This document shows positions 59,929-64,000 of a stretch of DNA of 64,000 bases, piece after piece (the stretch's first letter is position 1; each line of letters starts with the position of its first letter). The stretch is from Oceanospirillaceae bacterium (lineage in GTDB: Bacteria > Pseudomonadota > Gammaproteobacteria > Pseudomonadales > Balneatricaceae). The stretch lies in the NCBI GenBank assembly GCA_013215375.1, contig JABSRB010000020.1, forward strand, positions 11,053-75,052, written 5' to 3'. The translations under genes were made by a program, and so were the position numbers. Below the pieces are notes generated by a model. It made no database searches. It had not been told where the DNA came from and saw only the letters and a list, made by a program, of their open reading frames with translations.

Positions 59929-60102
59929 TTTCACAAAATAAAAGGCAGTATCTTTGTGAATATCCTTATGACAAGCTCAGCTCAGATTTACAGTTTTTAA
60001 TCCTTAGCTGATGTCTCATATATTTTTACTTTTTCCAGTTAAATCACCCAGAATATTAGTAATCAGCTACGAAGCCACCAACCCCTTGGATTACCGCCGG
60101 AG

Positions 60103-60200
60103 CAATTATCTAAATTGGCGAAGCGGAGCGACAGGACGTCGCGAAGAGCGAAGCTAGGCCATGGACGGCCTATCTGAGCGGCCGCCAATTTAGATAATTG
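60103..60200. repeat. 98-nt palindromic element: perfect 18-bp inverted repeat enclosing two short hairpins
   Basis: CAATTATCTAAATTGGCG (60103-60120) pairs with CGCCAATTTAGATAATTG (60183-60200). Inner hairpins: GCGAC-aggac-GTCGC (60128-60142) and TAGGCC-atggac-GGCCTA (60155-60172). Confidence 0.85.
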
Positions 60201-60383
60201 TGGAGGGATCTTTCGGGAATCGTTGGGCGAAATTTTCTTTGGTTCCGTTTCTTTTTTTCGTAAAAAGAAATGAACTCGACGCAGTCGAAACTGCACTTGA
60301 AACGGATTTTAGTTTTAGTTTTATAAGATACAAAGTTGACCACAAAAATCACTCTCTCTTAACGACAACAATGAGCCTAATCC

Positions 60384-60470
60384 AATTCGGAACGCACTGC
60401 GTTCCGAATTAGCATTGGTTATTAATGACGACTGTAGTACTCCAACTCAATTCGTGACGCAGTGCGTCAC
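60384..60470. repeat. Two REP-like palindromes sharing the core ACGCA[C/G]TGCGT
   Basis: AATTCGGAACGCACTGCGTTCCGAATT (60384-60410, a 27-nt perfect palindrome) and GTGACGCAGTGCGTCAC (60454-60470). Both are preceded by a CCAA-containing flank. A GTAG lies upstream of the second. Confidence 0.7.
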
Positions 60471-60478
60471 ACTTCTAA

Positions 60479-61060
60479 CTAACTTGAACCTTTTTCTTGA
60501 TTAAACACCAACAACTGCGGAAAAAACTGCAAAAACACCTCATCAAGCTGCTCGTAATGCAACTTAATATCCTCAATACTCCCTGCAAATTGATTACGAA
60601 AACGAATCCGCATGGCGATGCGATCTAACGCAAAACCTATCCCTTCGACATGCTCGTAACTGGAAAACCAATCGTTTTTCACTACTGATGCCATAACCAC
60701 TTGCATTTTCTCTGGCATCAAATGACTACTTTGGGTAAGTAGCTGATAGGTCTGGGACTTAAAATCAACAAAGGGAACATCACTGTAGAGGTGCCAATTT
60801 TTAATCAGAAAATGATCAAACAATACATCCAGTGCAATACCTGCAAAGCGTCGTCGCTGCGCACTAAAACAACCTTTAGCTTGTAACACTAACGGGTGAG
60901 CATCGGTATAACGGTCAATTTCCCTGTGGTTAAGCAAACCCACATAGATGCCCTCTGGCAATGCCCTCTCATCTACACCTTTGCAAAAATCACCCAATAA
61001 ATTCCCCACCAGCGACTCACTATTGGCTTGTGCGAGAAAGCAATGGGCTAAATAATTCAC
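60479..61060 (-). CDS. acpH: Acyl carrier protein phosphodiesterase
   Basis: 193 aa. MNYLAHCFLA...GNLLGDFCKG...HREIDRYTD matches the AcpH N-terminus. Confidence 0.85.
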   Translation of the reverse strand: MNYLAHCFLAQANSESLVGNLLGDFCKGVDERALPEGIYVGLLNHREIDRYTDAHPLVLQAKGCFSAQRRRFAGIALDVLFDHFLIKNWHLYSDVPFVDFKSQTYQLLTQSSHLMPEKMQVVMASVVKNDWFSSYEHVEGIGFALDRIAMRIRFRNQFAGSIEDIKLHYEQLDEVFLQFFPQLLVFNQEKGSS

Positions 61061-61078
61061 AGCAATTCCTGCACAGTA

Positions 61079-62131
61079 TTACAGCTCTTCAACATTGACG
61101 ATATCTCCGCACCTTTGTGGGCTATAGCCTGGCAGAGTTTCCACCGCTGCACTAAATTCATCGGAGCGAATTTCTGCCAAGAAGCGGCGCATTGCCTCCT
61201 GCTGCAAGCTTTTATTGTTACAGACAAAAACATAATGCTCGGTGGTTAATGGAATAAAATGCAATGAAAATTTCTCAGCGGCGGCCTGCACGCCAAATCC
61301 TACATCTGCCATACCCGCCGCTACATAAGCCGCGATTGCCGAGTGGGTATATTCAACATCATCAAAGCCATTAATAGACTCTACCGGAATATCTTCATCA
61401 CTCAACAATTGATCAAATAAGTGGCGAGTGCCACTAGTTGCTTCCCGGTTAATAAAACGCGCCTCCCCCTCCAACAAATCCTGTAAGGACTGGATATTAA
61501 GCGGGTTATCGCGAGCAACCATCAACCCCATATTGCGGGTAATAAAACGTACTATTTTATGCGCTCTAGGGCGTAGATGACGTAAATATTGAGTGAGATA
61601 TTTAGCTTCTCGCAGCTCTACTGGCAAGTGAAACCCCGCCACATCGCACTGCCCTCGATTGAGCGCAATGAGAGCCTCCTCCACCTCTTTGTACTGCAAG
61701 TTTAACTGATAGTTTTTGGCAAAAGATGGTAGTAACTCTACGGCGTAGCCAAAGCTGGCGAAGACATTTAGCAGCGGTTTAACCCCTTCCAAGCTGCGTT
61801 GAATTTCTAAATTTATCTCACTGGCAAAACTTTTTAACTGCGGGTCTAACCTGGCGGTTAAACGCTGCTGTGCCCAAAGTAATTTTTCACCTAAAGGCGC
61901 TAGGGTAGCGCCGCGCCCCTTTTGCAGTATCACTAACTCACAGCCAAAAAAACCTGCCCACTGATTGAGAATATTCCAGCTGTGTCGATAGGATATACCC
62001 ACCTGCTTAGCAGCTTTAGTTAACTTCCCCTGCTCGTGAATAGCACTGAGCAATAAAAACAATTGTGGATCTAAACGACTACCGCTCTCATCTTTAAAAA
62101 TCCAAGCGGGCTCTACACTGATGCGTTTCAT
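61079..62131 (-). CDS. Transcriptional regulator: ModE-like winged-helix N-domain + periplasmic-binding-protein-like domain
   Basis: LLSAIHEQGKLTKAAKQVGISYRHSWNILNQW matches the ModE-type HTH. The C-terminal ~230 aa are PBP-like. Confidence 0.65.
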   Translation of the reverse strand: MKRISVEPAWIFKDESGSRLDPQLFLLLSAIHEQGKLTKAAKQVGISYRHSWNILNQWAGFFGCELVILQKGRGATLAPLGEKLLWAQQRLTARLDPQLKSFASEINLEIQRSLEGVKPLLNVFASFGYAVELLPSFAKNYQLNLQYKEVEEALIALNRGQCDVAGFHLPVELREAKYLTQYLRHLRPRAHKIVRFITRNMGLMVARDNPLNIQSLQDLLEGEARFINREATSGTRHLFDQLLSDEDIPVESINGFDDVEYTHSAIAAYVAAGMADVGFGVQAAAEKFSLHFIPLTTEHYVFVCNNKSLQQEAMRRFLAEIRSDEFSAAVETLPGYSPQRCGDIVNVEEL

Positions 62132-62220
62132 GTATTTTTCTCAAGTAAAACATAAGTTAGTGCCCATCCTTTAAGAACACTAGTCTAGAAGTTACACATG
62201 TTTCACCATTCTCACAAGAT

Positions 62221-63849
62221 CTATCGCGGCAATGCAAACCACCGCAGACTCTCTGCATCCGGGCTAAGAGTTAAGGGCTGTAAATGCTCTTCACCAGAGG
62301 CGCTAAGTAGAATATCTTTGCCTGACTTAAGATATTGAGACAATTGATCACTGGTCACGGATGCAGCAGGATTTACCGCAGCTTCACTGAGTAAATCATC
62401 CAGTGATAATGTGTTAATTTCTAGCCCCCCTATGTACAGCCAAGTGCCATTGTGCTGATTGAATTGATACAGCGACAACAGACGCCAGCCAAACTCTGCC
62501 ACTAGCGCTATCGCGCTCACCAAATACTCAAAGGTTTGCTCATCGATAAAGTAGTTAAAGTTAACCCGAATCCAGCCTGGTCTTAAAATCATATTACCCT
62601 GCTGCAACTGTCCCTCGATAGCCATAGAACTTTCGATCGACAGATCTAATAACGTATGCCCATAAGGACCTGCGCAAGAGCAGCCGCCACGCGCTTGGAT
62701 ACCAAATAGATCATTGAGCAGCGCCACTACAAAGGTGTAATGCAATACAGAATCATCCTGTTTAATGTTAAAGGAGACTATTGATAATCGTTCGGCATCT
62801 GCACAACCCAACAGTTGAAAGTTCGCTTGCTTGGTTAAGCGATCAATCGCTCGCGTGACAAAATCGTGTTCCAGCGCCACTATATTTTTAGTGCCGATTT
62901 GCTGCTGCAATTTAAACACTAACCCCGCGCGAATCGACTCTATAATCCCTGGCGTGCCTCCCTCCTCACGACGCTCTACATTATCGGTATAAGTGTGAGA
63001 TTCAGGGGAGACATAAACAACCGTGCCACCCCCTGGTACTGCAGGCACTGCATTGTTGAGCTTGTCGCTATTAACCACTAACAAGCCAGGCGTGCCGGGG
63101 CCACCAATAAATTTATGGGTAGATATAAATACGGCATCCAATTCATCGCCCTGCATATCGATACCCACATAAGGCGCTGCAGCGGCATAGTCCCAACAGG
63201 ACATGGCGTTATAGCGATGTAATAGTTTGGAGACTTCTGTAACATTGGTTTTTAAGCCGGTCACATTGGAAGCCGCTGAGAAACTGCCAATTAGCAGCGG
63301 TCTCGATTGATATTGTTGCAACTTTTCCTTTAGAAACTCCGCATCTATTTGCCCCATCTCTGTGAGGGGAATAGTCACCAAGGTAGCAATACTTTCACGC
63401 CAGGGCAGCTCGTTTGAATGATGCTCATAAGGTCCGATAAAAACGACCGGCTTTTGCTGTTCCTCTATTTGCGCCTCAAACTGATATTGCTCATTAAGCT
63501 CACTAGGCAAACGTAAATTGAGCATGTCTATTAGCTTATTAATAGCAGCGGTAGCACCTGAGCCGGTAAAAATGACTTTATGTTTCTCACCGGTATTTAA
63601 TGCTTGATGAATAACGGCTCTAGCTTGCTCGCGAAATACCGTACTTTGCTTGCCACTAAAGGAAGTTTCGGTATGGGTATTGGCATAATAAGGTAATACT
63701 TGCTGGTTAATCGCCTCTTCAATAAAGCTCAGTGAGCGCCCAGACGCCGTATAGTCGGCATACACCATGGGTTTATCGCCAAAAGGGGTATTAAACAACA
63801 CTCCCTCACCAATGACACTGCGACGAATTTTCTCTATTGTAATTGACAT
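62221..63849 (-). CDS. Class V aminotransferase-fold PLP enzyme (cysteine desulfurase-like) with C-terminal extension
   Basis: ANTHTE, FTGSGATAAIN and STHKFIGGPGTPG (PLP lysine). Start set at the ATG at 63849 (MSITIEK, with GAGGG SD), not the upstream Cys-rich extension in the ORF track. Confidence 0.75.
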   Translation of the reverse strand: MSITIEKIRRSVIGEGVLFNTPFGDKPMVYADYTASGRSLSFIEEAINQQVLPYYANTHTETSFSGKQSTVFREQARAVIHQALNTGEKHKVIFTGSGATAAINKLIDMLNLRLPSELNEQYQFEAQIEEQQKPVVFIGPYEHHSNELPWRESIATLVTIPLTEMGQIDAEFLKEKLQQYQSRPLLIGSFSAASNVTGLKTNVTEVSKLLHRYNAMSCWDYAAAAPYVGIDMQGDELDAVFISTHKFIGGPGTPGLLVVNSDKLNNAVPAVPGGGTVVYVSPESHTYTDNVERREEGGTPGIIESIRAGLVFKLQQQIGTKNIVALEHDFVTRAIDRLTKQANFQLLGCADAERLSIVSFNIKQDDSVLHYTFVVALLNDLFGIQARGGCSCAGPYGHTLLDLSIESSMAIEGQLQQGNMILRPGWIRVNFNYFIDEQTFEYLVSAIALVAEFGWRLLSLYQFNQHNGTWLYIGGLEINTLSLDDLLSEAAVNPAASVTSDQLSQYLKSGKDILLSASGEEHLQPLTLSPDAESLRWFALPR

Positions 63850-64000
63850 GACACTACCCTCTACACGGCTATTTAATGCTGATAAGTGTACGCAACAAAG
63901 GCAGAAACATTGCTTCCAATTGTTTATTATTTTCAATCAAAAACGGAACGATGTTTATTTATATGCTAATATTTAGCAACTTTGTTCTAATAACTGGCAA

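Noticed and set aside
59965-59982. TGTGAAtatcCTTATG considered as a GacA/UvrY box for the candidate GGA-rich RNA.
   Set aside because: The spacer is 4 nt, not 6, and the right half-site is imperfect compared with TGTAAG-N6-CTTACA. It is mentioned only as weak supporting context.
60063-60412. ORFs 60063-60296(-), 60170-60352(-) and 60200-60412(+) across the palindromic element.
   Set aside because: They run through the 18-bp inverted repeat and hairpins. They have no SD, give Arg/Lys/Phe-rich nonsense-like translations, and overlap each other. This is better explained as structured non-coding DNA.
43732-60478. Calling the accessory region a mobile element (genomic island, ICE or prophage).
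   Set aside because: I saw no integrase, transposase, conjugation or phage structural genes, no tRNA-end duplication and no flanking direct repeats. Only the composition and defence gene content support an accessory status.

Overview
This is a 64-kb chromosomal window from a gammaproteobacterium. Gene order resembles marine Vibrio, Alteromonas or Oceanospirillales genomes, but the taxon cannot be fixed by eye. Positions 1-43.7 kb and 60.5-64 kb are core genome. They contain rnfABCDGE (RnfC carries a ~570-aa repeat tail), a REC-CheC-like / PAS-GGDEF gene pair, and nrdAB-yfaE with two NrdR boxes. They also contain tRNA-Tyr, kdsA, a pseudokinase-FGE protein next to a DUF4139-like protein, and yibQ-ctp-envC-gpmI opposite yibN-grxC-secB. 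Further core genes are trmL, glnA-ntrBC with a textbook sigma54 promoter, typA, ybdL-yafV, a eukaryote-type hisA paralogue, and a gamma-butyrobetaine/carnitine catabolic cluster with two GlxA/AraC regulators. Positions 43.8-60.4 kb form an accessory, partly AT-rich island with no integrase. It holds a type I R-M operon (hsdM..hsdS..hsdR) interleaved with four extra genes: a DUF1016 nuclease, a NucS-like/DUF5655 nuclease, a rhuM fragment and a 3-TM protein. An SF1 helicase-DUF2726 nuclease fusion follows hsdR. Divergent from hsdM lie an uncharacterised module (small Gly-rich peptide plus HTH-like/TPR-like/ankyrin protein) and a structured non-coding element. Two other sequence-level oddities stand out: AGCTTWT heptamer microsatellites sit at three gene ends, and a convergent gene junction is triplicated and carries decayed yfaE 3' ends. 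All functional calls rest on motif and homology recognition by eye; no searches were run. Start codons were refined only where an SD motif or a remembered homologue N-terminus supports the change.
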